Shown here one piece after another: positions 26,604-36,788 of a DNA stretch of 64,000 nt. Position 1 is the stretch's first letter. Each line of letters starts with the position of its first letter. The DNA is from Planctomycetota bacterium. GTDB taxonomy: Bacteria; Planctomycetota; B15-G4; SIAN01. Below the pieces are notes generated by a model that saw nothing but the letters and a program-made list of their open reading frames with translations, searched no databases and was not told the DNA's origin. A program made the position numbers and the translations under genes. The stretch covers positions 64,001-128,000 of the forward strand of contig JANNXA010000049.1 in the NCBI GenBank assembly GCA_031409275.1, given 5' to 3'.

Positions 26604-27989
26604 ATGGCCTCGCTCTCCTTCCATGGCGCCGCTGGCACGGTCACCGGCTCCCGCTTCCTCCTTGAGGCGCACGATCGGCGGCTGCTGATCGATGCCGGGC
26701 TCTTCCAGGGCCTGAAGCCGCTGCGGCTTCGCAACTGGGAGCCGCCCTCGTTCGATCCGGCGGCGCTCGCGGCGGTGGTGCTGACCCATGCCCACATCGA
26801 TCACTCGGGCTGGTTGCCGCGCCTCGAGCGCCTCGGCTTCCGCGGGCCGGTCTGGTGCACGCCAGCGACGGCCGACCTCGCGCGGTTGCTGCTGCGCGAT
26901 TCGGCGGCGCTCCAGGAAGAAGATGCGGAGTACGCCAACCGGAAGGGCTATTCGAAGCACCATCCGGCGTTGCCGCTCTACACCGTCGCCGACGCCGAGG
27001 CGGTCTCGCGGCGACTGCGGACGTTCGACTACGGCGTCTGGTTCGAGCCGCTGCGCGGGGTGAGCTGCCGGTTCCACCAGGCGGGCCACATCATCGGCTC
27101 GGCGCAGGTCGAGTGCGTGGTCGACGAAGGTCACGGCAAGCGCAGGCTCCTCTTCTCCGGTGACGTCGGCCGTTACAACGCGCCGCTCGTCCCCGATCCG
27201 GAGGTGCCGCCCGCCTGCGATCTGCTGATCGTCGAATCGACCTATGGCGACCGTTTGCACCCGACCGAGGGGCCCGGACCCTCCTTCGCGCAGATCCTCC
27301 ACCGCGCGGTCGAGCGGCGCGGAGTCGTCCTCATCCCGGCGTTCGCCGTCGGCCGTGCGCAGCAGTTGATGGTCATCCTGCGCGAGTTGATGCGCAGCGG
27401 TCAGGCCCCCGAACTCGCGATCCACCTCGACAGCCCGATGGCGGTCGAGGCGACGCGCATCTACCAGACCTTCGCCGAGGAGTCGGGCCTCGAAGCGGTC
27501 GAGTTCTCGAAGGCGAGCGGCCCGCTGTTCGGCAGCGGCGTCTACCTGCATTCGACGCGCGACGAGTCGATGCGGCTCAACTCGCTGGCGGGTCCTCGGA
27601 TCATCATCTCGAGCAGCGGCATGCTGGCGGGCGGGCGCGTGCTGCACCATCTGCGTCGACTGCTGCCCGATCCCGCCAACGCCATCGTGATCTCCGGCTA
27701 CCAGGCCGATGGCACGCGCGGGCGGCTGCTCAAGAACGGCGCGCGGACGCTGCGCATGCATGGCCAGGACATTCCGGTGCTGGCCCGCGTCGAGGAGGTG
27801 CCGGGGTTGTCGGGCCACGCCGACTCCGACGAGCTGATCCGGTGGCTGCGCGGAATGCCGGCGCCGCCGCAGCAGAGTTTTGTCGTGCATGGCGAATCGG
27901 CCTCCGCGAGCGCGTTCGTGAAGCGGCTCGAAACGGAGCTCCATTTCCCGGCCCACGCGGCCGTTCATCTCGAGCGAGTGGAGTGGTGA
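26604..27989 (+). CDS. MBL-fold beta-CASP metallo-hydrolase (RNA-processing nuclease)
   Basis: THAHIDHSG, AGHIIGS, SGDVG, ESTYG, PAFAVGRAQ, SGMLAGGR, SGHAD, VHGE. Confidence 0.93.
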   Translation: MASLSFHGAAGTVTGSRFLLEAHDRRLLIDAGLFQGLKPLRLRNWEPPSFDPAALAAVVLTHAHIDHSGWLPRLERLGFRGPVWCTPATADLARLLLRDSAALQEEDAEYANRKGYSKHHPALPLYTVADAEAVSRRLRTFDYGVWFEPLRGVSCRFHQAGHIIGSAQVECVVDEGHGKRRLLFSGDVGRYNAPLVPDPEVPPACDLLIVESTYGDRLHPTEGPGPSFAQILHRAVERRGVVLIPAFAVGRAQQLMVILRELMRSGQAPELAIHLDSPMAVEATRIYQTFAEESGLEAVEFSKASGPLFGSGVYLHSTRDESMRLNSLAGPRIIISSSGMLAGGRVLHHLRRLLPDPANAIVISGYQADGTRGRLLKNGARTLRMHGQDIPVLARVEEVPGLSGHADSDELIRWLRGMPAPPQQSFVVHGESASASAFVKRLETELHFPAHAAVHLERVEW

Positions 27990-29149
27990 CCGTGCTTTCG
28001 AAGAACGCGCTGCGCTTGCACCTCCGTGCCTTCGCCGTGGCGATGCTCGGCCTCCTCGCCGCGCCTCGCGCGCCGGCCCAGGAAGACACTTCGCCCGCGC
28101 AGGACGTCGTCTCGATCCAGGACCGCGAAGGCTACGTCGCGGCGGTGCAGGCGATCGCCGCGGGCAAGGAGCGCGACGGGCTCGCCGTGCTGGCCGAGCT
28201 TGCGGTGCGATTCGCCGACGATCCCGACCTCTATCTGCTGCACTACAACGCGGCGTGCGGTCACGCGCGCGTGGGGGAGCTCGATGCCGGGTTCGCGGCG
28301 CTCGACCAGGCGGTCACGTGCGGCTACACGGTCCATCCGCAGCGCCTGCAGAACCTGCTGTCCGATCCCGACCTCGACCGGCTGCGCGCCGATCCTCGCT
28401 TCGTGCCGCTGCGCGATCGCGCGATCACGCTGCACGAAGCGCTGCGCGATTCCTATCCGGAGCTGATCGCGCCGTACGAGTTCATCCCGCCGCCTCCGGC
28501 CGATCCGGCGGCCGCCGCCACCTCGAGGCCGCTGCTGATCGTCCTTCATCCCTACGGTGCGGAGCGGGCCGACTACGCCCGCCGCTACTTCGAGCCGTTC
28601 TGCGCGGCGCATGGCTTCGCGCTCTTCGCGCCAGGCGGCCCGCAGATGATCGCGCCCGAACGTTTCGCGTTCTTCGGCAGTCCGGCCGACTTCGTCGACG
28701 GATTCCGGATGGCGCAGCGAAAGATCGTGCTGCCGCTCGATGACTTCCGCAGGCGTGCCAACGTCGATCCGCAGCGCATCTACGTGACGGGTTCCGGTCA
28801 GGGGGCCGGACTCGGCTTCGCGATCGCGATGCGCAACCCGCAGTGGGTGCGCGGCGCCGTGTTGTTCGAGGGCGGGTATGCGCCGGCCACTTTGAAGGAC
28901 TGGACGGCGAACGCCGTGAAGTTCGGACGCCGAGTCGCGCTGGTCCATGGCGATGGCGACCCGCGCTATCCTCTCGCCCCGCTCGAGTCGTTCGTCGAGC
29001 AGCTCGAGTCGCAAGGAATCGCGGTGCGGCTGTTCGCTGAAGCCGGCCCGGGAACGTTGACGCCAGAGTCGGTCACCGCGGCGCTGGCCCGCCACCTGGC
29101 CTGGGTCGACGAAGCGCCCTTTGAGCGCCCCGCCGCGCCCGGCCGATGA
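27986..29149 (+). CDS. Exported protein with a TPR-like domain and an alpha/beta-hydrolase-like domain (catalytic residues appear absent)
   Basis: Signal peptide; YNAAC...DPDLDRLRADPRF; PLLIVLHPYG, VDPQRIYVTGSGQGAG, LVHGDGDPRYP. Confidence 0.7.
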   Translation: MTVLSKNALRLHLRAFAVAMLGLLAAPRAPAQEDTSPAQDVVSIQDREGYVAAVQAIAAGKERDGLAVLAELAVRFADDPDLYLLHYNAACGHARVGELDAGFAALDQAVTCGYTVHPQRLQNLLSDPDLDRLRADPRFVPLRDRAITLHEALRDSYPELIAPYEFIPPPPADPAAAATSRPLLIVLHPYGAERADYARRYFEPFCAAHGFALFAPGGPQMIAPERFAFFGSPADFVDGFRMAQRKIVLPLDDFRRRANVDPQRIYVTGSGQGAGLGFAIAMRNPQWVRGAVLFEGGYAPATLKDWTANAVKFGRRVALVHGDGDPRYPLAPLESFVEQLESQGIAVRLFAEAGPGTLTPESVTAALARHLAWVDEAPFERPAAPGR

Positions 29150-29213
29150 GCGTCACTCGGCGGCGCGCGGCGCCCGCAGTTCCTTCACCTCTTTCGGATC
29201 ACCGCTCCCCGCG

Positions 29214-30113
29214 ATGCCATCGTTCCTGACCAGCGCTTTCCGCTTCCCCGCCGTGGCCATTCGGCATGCCGACCTCGTGCGCGCCTTCGTGCGGCGCGAT
29301 CTGGCGGCGCGCTACGAAGGGTCGCTGCTCGGCAAGCTCTGGCCGCTGCTCCATCCGGCGCTGCTGCTCGCGGTCTACGGGCTGGTCTTCTCGAAGATGC
29401 TCGGTGTCCACCTGCGCACCGCCGAAGCGGCGGCCGTCCCGGGCGCGATCGGTGAGGGGTGGGTCGCCACGATCTTCATGGCGTCCGGGATCCTACCGTG
29501 GATCTGCACGGTCGACGCGCTGAACCGCTGCACGCCGGTCGTGGTCGAGAACAACAACCTCATCAAGAAGGTCGCCTTCCCGTCCGAGTTGCTGCCGACC
29601 TACACGACGCTGGTCAGCTTCTTCCAGATGGCGATCGGGCTGCTGCTGCTGGTGCCGCTCTATGCGTGCGTGATGCTCTTCGCATCGGGCACGCCGGTCG
29701 AGCAGAACTGGCATTGGCTGCGCTACCTGGTCTGGTTGCCGGTGCCCGTGGTGCTGCAGTGGATCTTCGTGACCGGCCTCGGGATGTTGCTGGCGGCGGT
29801 CAACGTCTTCGTGCGCGACGTCGGACAGGTGATCCCGCTCGCGACCCTGGTGTGGATGTTCTTCACGCCGGTCTTCTACAAGATCGAGACGATCGCACGG
29901 CAGACGACGGACGTGCCGTGGGTCGCGTCGGCGATCCAATGGAACCCGCTCTACCACCTGCTCGCGATTTATCGCGGCTGCTTCCCCTACGAGCTCGGCG
30001 AGTCCTTCCCGCTACGTTCGGTCGCGATCTTCGCGGCGATCGCGGTCGCGACCTTCATCCTCGGCCATGGCTGCTTCCATCGTTGGAAGGGCCACTTCGC
30101 GGACGAGGTCTGA
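29214..30113 (+). CDS. wzm: Polysaccharide ABC exporter permease (Wzm/TagG)
   Basis: RRDLAARYEGSLLGKLWPLLHP, NLIKKVAFP, RDVGQ, FFTPVFY, WNPL, FADEV. Confidence 0.93.
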   Translation: MPSFLTSAFRFPAVAIRHADLVRAFVRRDLAARYEGSLLGKLWPLLHPALLLAVYGLVFSKMLGVHLRTAEAAAVPGAIGEGWVATIFMASGILPWICTVDALNRCTPVVVENNNLIKKVAFPSELLPTYTTLVSFFQMAIGLLLLVPLYACVMLFASGTPVEQNWHWLRYLVWLPVPVVLQWIFVTGLGMLLAAVNVFVRDVGQVIPLATLVWMFFTPVFYKIETIARQTTDVPWVASAIQWNPLYHLLAIYRGCFPYELGESFPLRSVAIFAAIAVATFILGHGCFHRWKGHFADEV

Positions 30114-30117
30114 CGCG

Positions 30118-31548
30118 ATGGCTGCCGATCGCCGCAAGCCCGCGAGCTCCGCCGCTGCCGACGCTGTCGTGACCGCCGACCCCGACTTCGCGTTGCGCGC
30201 CGACCACCTCACCAAGACCTACCGCCTCTACAACCGGCCCTTCGATCGCGTGAAGGAGGTCTTGCTGCGCAAGAAGCTCCACCGCGAGGTCCGTGGCCTC
30301 GTCGATGTCTCCTTCTCGGTGAAGAAGGGCAGCACGCTCGGTGTCGTCGGCAGCAATGGCGCCGGCAAGTCGACGCTGCTCAAGGTGCTGGCCGGGACCA
30401 CGCTGCAGAGCAGCGGCGAGTTCACCACGAACGGCCGCGTCGCGAGCCTGCTCGAGCTCGGCACCGGCTTCTATCCCGGCTTCAGCGGCCGCCAGAACAT
30501 CGTGCTGAACGGCATCGTGAACGGCTACCCGCGCGCCGAGATCGAGGCGAAGGTCGCCGAGATCATCGAGTTCAGCGAGCTCGGCAAGTTCATCGACCAG
30601 CCGATCCGCACCTACTCGTCGGGCATGGTGATGCGGCTCGGCTTCTCGGTCGCCACCGCGATCGACCCCGACATCCTGATCATCGACGAGATCCTCGCGG
30701 TCGGTGACCTGCACTTCCAGAAGCGCTGCGTCGACCGCATCGTCAGCTTCAAGGCGCGCGGCAAGACGATCCTCTTCTGCTCGCACTCGATGTTCCACGT
30801 CGAGGAGATCTGCGAGCGCGCGCTATGGGTGAAGGACGGTCGCATCGAGGTCGAGGCGCCGTCGCGCGACGTGGTGCTGGCCTACTCGAACTTCGAGCGG
30901 GGGCGCCGCTCGACCCACAGCGTGCTCGGTCGCGCCGAGGGGTACGAGGCGCTGCGCGCCGAGTCGGCGGCGCGCCAGGCGGGCGCGGCTCCGGCCGCCG
31001 GCGGCGCCGATGACGCCGAGAGCCTGCCGCCGCCCGATGCGATGCCGGTGATCCTCGGTTCGAGGTTGCGCGACCCGCATACCGGCATCGAAGTCGCGCG
31101 CGCCCAGCTGCTGAAGGACGTCGTGGTCGAGATCGACTACGAGCTGCCGCAGGACCTGCCCGGCATCACGGTCGGCTGCTCGATCGACCGCCTCGACCAG
31201 ATCATGGTCTGCGGGATCGGGAGCACGCTGTCGGGCTTCGCGGCACCGTGCAAGCGCGGGCGCTGGCGGGTGCAGATCGCGCTGCAGCGCCTGCCGTTGC
31301 TGGCGGCGGAGTATTCGCTGACCGCCTACCTGACCGACGAGCGCGCGCTGCACGTCTACCACTCGCAGTCGCTCGGGACGCGCTTCGAGATCGCGCAGCA
31401 CGAGCGACGCGTCGGCATGATCCACATCGACCACACCTTCACTTCCGAGCCGTTGCCGTGGCCGACACGGGCCGAGCGCGCGGCGGAGCTGAAGGCGATG
31501 GGACTCGACCACGCCTCCGGCCCGCCGCCGGGGCTCATTCCGGGCTGA
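30118..31548 (+). CDS. wzt: Polysaccharide ABC exporter ATPase with a C-terminal Wzt_C-type domain
   Basis: GSNGAGKST, LLELGTGF, YSSGMVMRLGFS, IIDEILAVGD, SHS; beta-rich C-terminal extension. Confidence 0.93.
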   Translation: MAADRRKPASSAAADAVVTADPDFALRADHLTKTYRLYNRPFDRVKEVLLRKKLHREVRGLVDVSFSVKKGSTLGVVGSNGAGKSTLLKVLAGTTLQSSGEFTTNGRVASLLELGTGFYPGFSGRQNIVLNGIVNGYPRAEIEAKVAEIIEFSELGKFIDQPIRTYSSGMVMRLGFSVATAIDPDILIIDEILAVGDLHFQKRCVDRIVSFKARGKTILFCSHSMFHVEEICERALWVKDGRIEVEAPSRDVVLAYSNFERGRRSTHSVLGRAEGYEALRAESAARQAGAAPAAGGADDAESLPPPDAMPVILGSRLRDPHTGIEVARAQLLKDVVVEIDYELPQDLPGITVGCSIDRLDQIMVCGIGSTLSGFAAPCKRGRWRVQIALQRLPLLAAEYSLTAYLTDERALHVYHSQSLGTRFEIAQHERRVGMIHIDHTFTSEPLPWPTRAERAAELKAMGLDHASGPPPGLIPG

Positions 31549-31561
31549 GCGGAGCGCCTCC

Positions 31562-32773
31562 TTGCCTGACCTCTCCGCGATCATCGTCAACTACAACACC
31601 GGGGCCTACCTGCAGACGCTGGTCGATGGCCTCGCGCGCGAGAAGGTGACCCGGCGCGATGGCGGCGCCGCGACGATCGAGGTGATCGTCGTCGAGAACC
31701 AGAGCCCGAGCGACCAGGAGCCGTGGCTCAAGCCGCTCGAGGCGCAGGGCGTCACGGTGGTGCGCTCGCCGGTGAACGGCGGCTTCGGCGGCGGCTGCAA
31801 CCTCGGCACCCGCCACGCGCGCGGCCGCCAGCTGCTCTACCTGAATCCCGATGTGCTGATCGTCCCGGGCTGCGTGGCGGCGCTGTCGCATCATCTCGAC
31901 TCCCATCCGCGCGCCGGCCAGGTCGGTCCGCGCGGCTGGTTCGATGCGCACCGCTTCTTCTTCCTGCCGCGCATCGAGCTGCCGACCCTGTCGATGCACT
32001 TCGCCGAAGCGTGGCGACGGGGCAATCGACGCCGCGCCGAGGCCTTCGCGCTGCGCCGCAGCAAGAATGCGCTGCGCATCTGGAGCGCCGACCACGAGCA
32101 GGACGAGCCGGTGCTGGCGGGATACGCCTTCATGATGCCGGCCGACTTCGCGCGCCGACTCGGCCCCTTCGACGAGACCTTCCCGCTCTACTACGAGGAT
32201 GGCGACCTTTCGCGACGCGTGCGCGAAGCGGGGCGCGACGTGACGCTGGTGCCCGAGTCGGAGATGGTCCACCTCTACAACAAGAGCGCCGGCCAGTTCG
32301 CCGAGGAGGCGATGCGCAAGCACGACGTCTCGCTGCAGCGCTACCTCGACAAGCACTACGGCTGGCTCGGCGGGCGCATCGGCGCCGCGATCACGCAGTG
32401 GGTGCGCCGCCATCCGACGCAGAACCTCGCCCACGAGTTCTCGAACTGGGTCGATCTCGGCGAGGTCGTCGACCCGCCGGTCCTGGTGCCGAAAGACCCG
32501 ACGCCGCACTACGTGGTCGAACTCAGCGCCGACCCGCTCTACTCGCTGGCGGTGGGGCGCATCGACTCGCGTGCACGCTTCGAGATCCCGAAGGGAACGT
32601 GGGACCACTTCGATCCGATCCAGATGTACGTGCGCATGCTCTCCCTGCCGGACCTGAAGCCGCTCGGCGCGTGGCGCATGAAGAAGAGCACGGGCAGCAT
32701 CCACATCGGCAGCGATCGCGAGTTCCTGGCGCGTCTGGCCGATTCGCATCTGCCCGCCGGGATGGAATCGTGA
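31562..32773 (+). CDS. Glycosyltransferase family 2
   Basis: IIVNYN, NGGFGGGCN, YLNPD, FDETFPLYYEDGDL. Confidence 0.9.
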   Translation: MPDLSAIIVNYNTGAYLQTLVDGLAREKVTRRDGGAATIEVIVVENQSPSDQEPWLKPLEAQGVTVVRSPVNGGFGGGCNLGTRHARGRQLLYLNPDVLIVPGCVAALSHHLDSHPRAGQVGPRGWFDAHRFFFLPRIELPTLSMHFAEAWRRGNRRRAEAFALRRSKNALRIWSADHEQDEPVLAGYAFMMPADFARRLGPFDETFPLYYEDGDLSRRVREAGRDVTLVPESEMVHLYNKSAGQFAEEAMRKHDVSLQRYLDKHYGWLGGRIGAAITQWVRRHPTQNLAHEFSNWVDLGEVVDPPVLVPKDPTPHYVVELSADPLYSLAVGRIDSRARFEIPKGTWDHFDPIQMYVRMLSLPDLKPLGAWRMKKSTGSIHIGSDREFLARLADSHLPAGMES

Positions 32774-33729
32774 GCGAGGCGCCCGTCGCGGGAGCGGCCG
32801 CCGCCGGTGCCGCCGTGCTCCCCGACGTCTCGGTGGTGATCCTGTCGTGGAACACGCGCGCGCTGCTCGAGCGCTGCCTGCAAAGCGTCGTGCAGCAGGA
32901 GCATGGCCTCGTGCTCGAGGTCATCGTCGTCGACAACGGTTCGCGCGATGGCAGCGCCGACCTCGTGGCGCAGGACTTCCCGACCGTGATCCTCAAACGC
33001 AACGGCGTCAACGAGGGCTACGCGCGCGGGAACAACCAGGGCGCGGTGCTCGCGACGGCGCCGCTGCTGCTGCTGCTCAACAGCGACACCGAGGTGCGGC
33101 CCGGCGCGCTCAAGAAACTCGTCGACCTGCTGCGTCACCACCCCGAGTACGGCGCCGCGGCGCCGCAGCTCGTCAATCCCGACGGTTCGATCCAGCGCAA
33201 CTGCATGCGCTTCCCGACCTTGCAGGACGGCTTCCTGTTCGACTCGTGGTTCGAGCGGCGGTGGGGTCGCAGCCGTTCGGTGCGGCGCTGGTTCATGGAG
33301 GACTTCGACCACAAGGGCGACGCCGACGTCGATCAGCCGCCCGGCGCCTGCCTGCTGATCCGCCGCGAGTGGTGGAATGCGATCGGCGGCTTCGACGAGC
33401 GGCTGTGGCTCTTCTACAACGACGTCGAGTTCTGCCAGGCGCTGCACGAGCGCGGCCTGAAGATCCGCTATGTCGTCGACGCGAAAGTCCTGCATCACCT
33501 CGGGAAGTCGACGGCGCAGTACCGCGACTTCGCGGGCGAATGGATCTGCAATCGGATCCGCTACTACCGGATCCGCCACGGCGCGCGCGGCGCGTTCGTG
33601 CTGAAGAGCTGGCTCCTGCTGCGCGCACTCGAAGAGGCGCTGCGGATCTGGCGGGGCCACTCGGGGCCGGCGCTTGGCGCGGCGGGGCGCGACCTCGCGC
33701 GAGTGGTGAAGCGCGGGCTGCGTTGCTGA
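32770..33729 (+). CDS. Glycosyltransferase family 2 (WbbL-like)
   Basis: VVILSWN, VVDNGSRDGS, NEGYARGNN, LLNSD, GFDERLWLFYNDVEFC. Confidence 0.9.
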   Translation: MSEAPVAGAAAAGAAVLPDVSVVILSWNTRALLERCLQSVVQQEHGLVLEVIVVDNGSRDGSADLVAQDFPTVILKRNGVNEGYARGNNQGAVLATAPLLLLLNSDTEVRPGALKKLVDLLRHHPEYGAAAPQLVNPDGSIQRNCMRFPTLQDGFLFDSWFERRWGRSRSVRRWFMEDFDHKGDADVDQPPGACLLIRREWWNAIGGFDERLWLFYNDVEFCQALHERGLKIRYVVDAKVLHHLGKSTAQYRDFAGEWICNRIRYYRIRHGARGAFVLKSWLLLRALEEALRIWRGHSGPALGAAGRDLARVVKRGLRC

Positions 33730-33743
33730 ACGAGCAGTCGAGC

Positions 33744-34805
33744 ATGACGGAGTGGACGATGGTCGAGACGGATGCGGCGGACCGGACCGGGCAGCGGCGC
33801 TTCACGGTGCGCGAGTACCGCGACGGCGACGAGGCGGCGATCGTCGGGTTGTTCAATCGCGTCTTCGCCGTCGGCAACCCCGACTTCGTGCCGCGATCGC
33901 TCTCCCATTGGCGCTGGGCCTTCCCCGGCAACCCGGAGGGTCACGCGACCATGGTGGCCGAAGCGGACGGCGCGATGGTCGGCACCTTCACGGCGATGCC
34001 CTCGCGCTTCCGCTTTCCCGACGCCGAGTTCCGCCTGGGGCAAGCCGTCGACACCGTCATCGCGCCGGAGTTTCGCGCCTCGCTGCGCAAGAACGGCGTC
34101 TACCTCACGCTCTCGCATGCCTGGTACGAGCGCTTCGGTCGGCGCGACGACGTGCGCTTCCTCTACGGGTTCCCCAATCCGCAAGCGCTGCGGATCGGGA
34201 CGAAGCTCGGCGGCTACGAGCCGGTGCGCTGCCCCGTGCTCGAATCGGAGCTGCCGCTGAACGTGGCGGCGCGCTGGCCCGACGGCGGGCTCGAGGTCGA
34301 GGAAGTCGAGCGTTTCGGCGGCGAGGTCGAGGCCTTCGATACGGCGCTCGCTCCCGCAATGGGAGTCGCGGCGCGACGCAGCGCCCGCTACTGGAACTGG
34401 CGCTACGCCGACCATCCATCGACGCGCTATCGACTGCTGCGGGCGCAGGGGCCCGACGGCGCTCTGCGCGGTTTCATGGTGCACGGCTTCTCGTGGCACG
34501 GCTTCCGCAAGGACCTCGTCCCCGTGGTCGATTTCCTCGTCGCTCCTGGCGATCGCGCGACGTGGCGAGCGCTGCTGGCCGACGCCGCCCGCGCGGCGCA
34601 GCGCTGGCGCGGCGTGGCGCTGAAGAGCCTGCTCGCCTGGGCGCCGCCCGATCACGGCCACTTCGCCGATCTCGCAGCGCTGGGCTTCGCAAGTCGCCCC
34701 TCGATCTTCAACCTCTGCATCCGCCGCTTCGCCGACTCGGACTACACGCCCGAGCAGGCGAGCCGCGAGCTCTACATCAACATGGGCGACTCCGACATCT
34801 ATTGA
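33744..34805 (+). CDS. GNAT-family N-acyltransferase (tandem GNAT fold)
   Basis: VREYRDGD...HWRWAF..NP, AVDTVIAPEFR, LYGFPN, RSARYWNWRY, ends MGDSDIY. Confidence 0.8.
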   Translation: MTEWTMVETDAADRTGQRRFTVREYRDGDEAAIVGLFNRVFAVGNPDFVPRSLSHWRWAFPGNPEGHATMVAEADGAMVGTFTAMPSRFRFPDAEFRLGQAVDTVIAPEFRASLRKNGVYLTLSHAWYERFGRRDDVRFLYGFPNPQALRIGTKLGGYEPVRCPVLESELPLNVAARWPDGGLEVEEVERFGGEVEAFDTALAPAMGVAARRSARYWNWRYADHPSTRYRLLRAQGPDGALRGFMVHGFSWHGFRKDLVPVVDFLVAPGDRATWRALLADAARAAQRWRGVALKSLLAWAPPDHGHFADLAALGFASRPSIFNLCIRRFADSDYTPEQASRELYINMGDSDIY

Positions 34806-34848
34806 CGCTGCGGCCGCGCGGCACGCTCGCGCCAGGAGACTCGAGCCG

Positions 34849-35556
34849 ATGGAGCCCTACCTCGATCCGCCGCCGCCGCCGCAGCCGCTTTGCGCACCAC
34901 CGTTGCGCGGCCGCGTCGTCGTGGTGGCTCCGCACCCCGACGATGAGCTGATCGGTCCGGGTGGAACGGTCCTGCTCCACCGCGCTCTCGGCGACGCCGT
35001 CCACATCGTGGTGGTGACCGATGGGGCGAGCGATGGCGGCGCGACGACGCCCGATGCACGGCGAGCGCTGGCGGCGACCCGCGAAGCGGAGTCGCGCGCG
35101 GTCGCGGCGAGGCTCGGTGCGACCGTCGAGTTCTATGGCTTTCCCGACGGCGGCCGCGCGCGCGAAGAGGATCTGGGCGCGCTGGTGCCGCGGCTGGTGG
35201 CCACGCTGCGGCGAGAACGCCCGGCGGTCGTCTACGCGCCGCATCGCGAGGAGCCGCATGGCGACCACCACGTCGTCGCGTTGGCGGCCCAGCGCGGCGT
35301 CGCACTCGCGGCCAGCGAAGCGCGCCTCTACGGCTACGAAATCTGGGGTGCGCTCGTGCCCGAGGTCGTGGTCGACGTGAGCGCCGTCATGGAGCAGAAG
35401 ATCGAGCTCGCGCAGCTCTACGTCAGCCAGATCCGCCACACTGCGATCGCCCACTGCTTCGGCGGCCTGAACGCCTACCGCTCCGCGTTCCTGCAGAAGG
35501 GCGCACGCTTCGGCGAGGCGTTTTGCCGCCTCGCCGCGGACCCGCACGCGCGATGA
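34849..35556 (+). CDS. PIG-L/LmbE family deacetylase
   Basis: APHPDDE, VVTDG, REAES, FPDG, HGDH, YVSQ. Confidence 0.92.
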   Translation: MEPYLDPPPPPQPLCAPPLRGRVVVVAPHPDDELIGPGGTVLLHRALGDAVHIVVVTDGASDGGATTPDARRALAATREAESRAVAARLGATVEFYGFPDGGRAREEDLGALVPRLVATLRRERPAVVYAPHREEPHGDHHVVALAAQRGVALAASEARLYGYEIWGALVPEVVVDVSAVMEQKIELAQLYVSQIRHTAIAHCFGGLNAYRSAFLQKGARFGEAFCRLAADPHAR

Positions 35557-36788
35557 ACTCCGCGCTGCGCGTCGTCCACGTGCTGCAGAACTTCCCGCCC
35601 GAGTTCAGCGGCGGCACCGAGCGCCACGTTGCCGAGCTCGTCGATCTGCAGCGCCAGGCAGGTCTCGCGGTCGCGGTCGTTTGCGGCAGCGAGCAGCGCG
35701 ACGACCACAGCCGCGTCGATCGCGAGACGTGGCGCGGTGTTCCCGTCGCGCGCGTGCATCGCCAGCCGCAGGAGGCGTACGGCGTCCACTTCGAGCCGCC
35801 GCAGGCGCTCGCGGCGGCGGTCGCGGCGGTGCGCTCGTTCGCTCCCGACCTCGTCCACCTGCACCACTGGTTCAATCTCGGCGACTCGCTGCTCGAACGG
35901 TTGGCGCCGCTGCCGGCGGTGGCCAGTTTTCACGACAGCTACAGCGCCTGCCCGCGCTTCTTCTTCCTGCGCCCCGATGGCGACTTCTGCGGCCACGCGT
36001 TGCCGCTCCCGCTCGAGCGCTGCGTGGCCTGCATCGCTCCCGACGATGGCGGGGCCGACCTCGCCGCTCGCCTCACGGCGCGCCACGGCCGTTTCGCGCG
36101 CGAGGTCGCGCGTGCCACCTTCGCCGTGGCGCCGTCGCGCTTCCACGGCGACCTGCTGGTGCAGGCCGGGGTGGTGCCAGCGGCGAAGCTGCGGGTGGTG
36201 CCGCTCGGACTGGCGGTCGCTCCATCCCCCGCGCCGCATCGTCCGCAGCGAGGAGTGCTGCGCATCGCCTGTTGGGGCCATCTGTCACGGCTGAAGGGGG
36301 TGGACCTGCTGCTCGAGGCGCTCCAAGCGCTGGCGCCTCGCGGCGGCGTCGAGCTCCACCTCTTCGGTGAACCGCTGCCGGCCGACGCGGCGTTGCTCGC
36401 CGGCCTCGCGGCCGGGTTGCCGGTCCGCTGGCGCGGTCGCTTCGACCAGGCGACTCTCGCCGCCGCCGCCCCCGACCTCGACCTCGCGGTCTTCCCGTCG
36501 CGTGCCTACGAGACCTATTCGCTGGTGGTGGAAGAGGCGATCGCGTTGCGTCTGCCGTTGATCGTCTCCGATCGCGGCGCGCCGCCGTTGCGAGTCGGAG
36601 CGGCGGGAATTGCGGTCGCGGTGGAGTCAGCGGCGCCGCTCGTTGCTACGTTGTCGCGCCTCATGGACCAGCCAGAGACGCTCGCCGCGCTTCGTGCCGC
36701 GCGGCCCATCACGCCGCACCTGCTCGCCGATCATGAGCGAGTGCTGCGCGAGATCTATCGCGACGCGCTGGCAGGAGCCACGCGATGA
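35553..36788 (+). CDS. Glycosyltransferase family 4 (ExpE7-like, Cys-rich insert)
   Basis: FPPEFSGGTE, PDLVHLHH, HDSYSACPR, KGVDLL, FPSRAYETYSLVVEEA. Confidence 0.9.
   Translation: MNSALRVVHVLQNFPPEFSGGTERHVAELVDLQRQAGLAVAVVCGSEQRDDHSRVDRETWRGVPVARVHRQPQEAYGVHFEPPQALAAAVAAVRSFAPDLVHLHHWFNLGDSLLERLAPLPAVASFHDSYSACPRFFFLRPDGDFCGHALPLPLERCVACIAPDDGGADLAARLTARHGRFAREVARATFAVAPSRFHGDLLVQAGVVPAAKLRVVPLGLAVAPSPAPHRPQRGVLRIACWGHLSRLKGVDLLLEALQALAPRGGVELHLFGEPLPADAALLAGLAAGLPVRWRGRFDQATLAAAAPDLDLAVFPSRAYETYSLVVEEAIALRLPLIVSDRGAPPLRVGAAGIAVAVESAAPLVATLSRLMDQPETLAALRAARPITPHLLADHERVLREIYRDALAGATR

Noticed and set aside
26604..27989. MBL protein as a beta-lactamase or defence nuclease
   Set aside because: The full beta-CASP motif set matches the common housekeeping RNA-processing family, and there is no defence-gene context.
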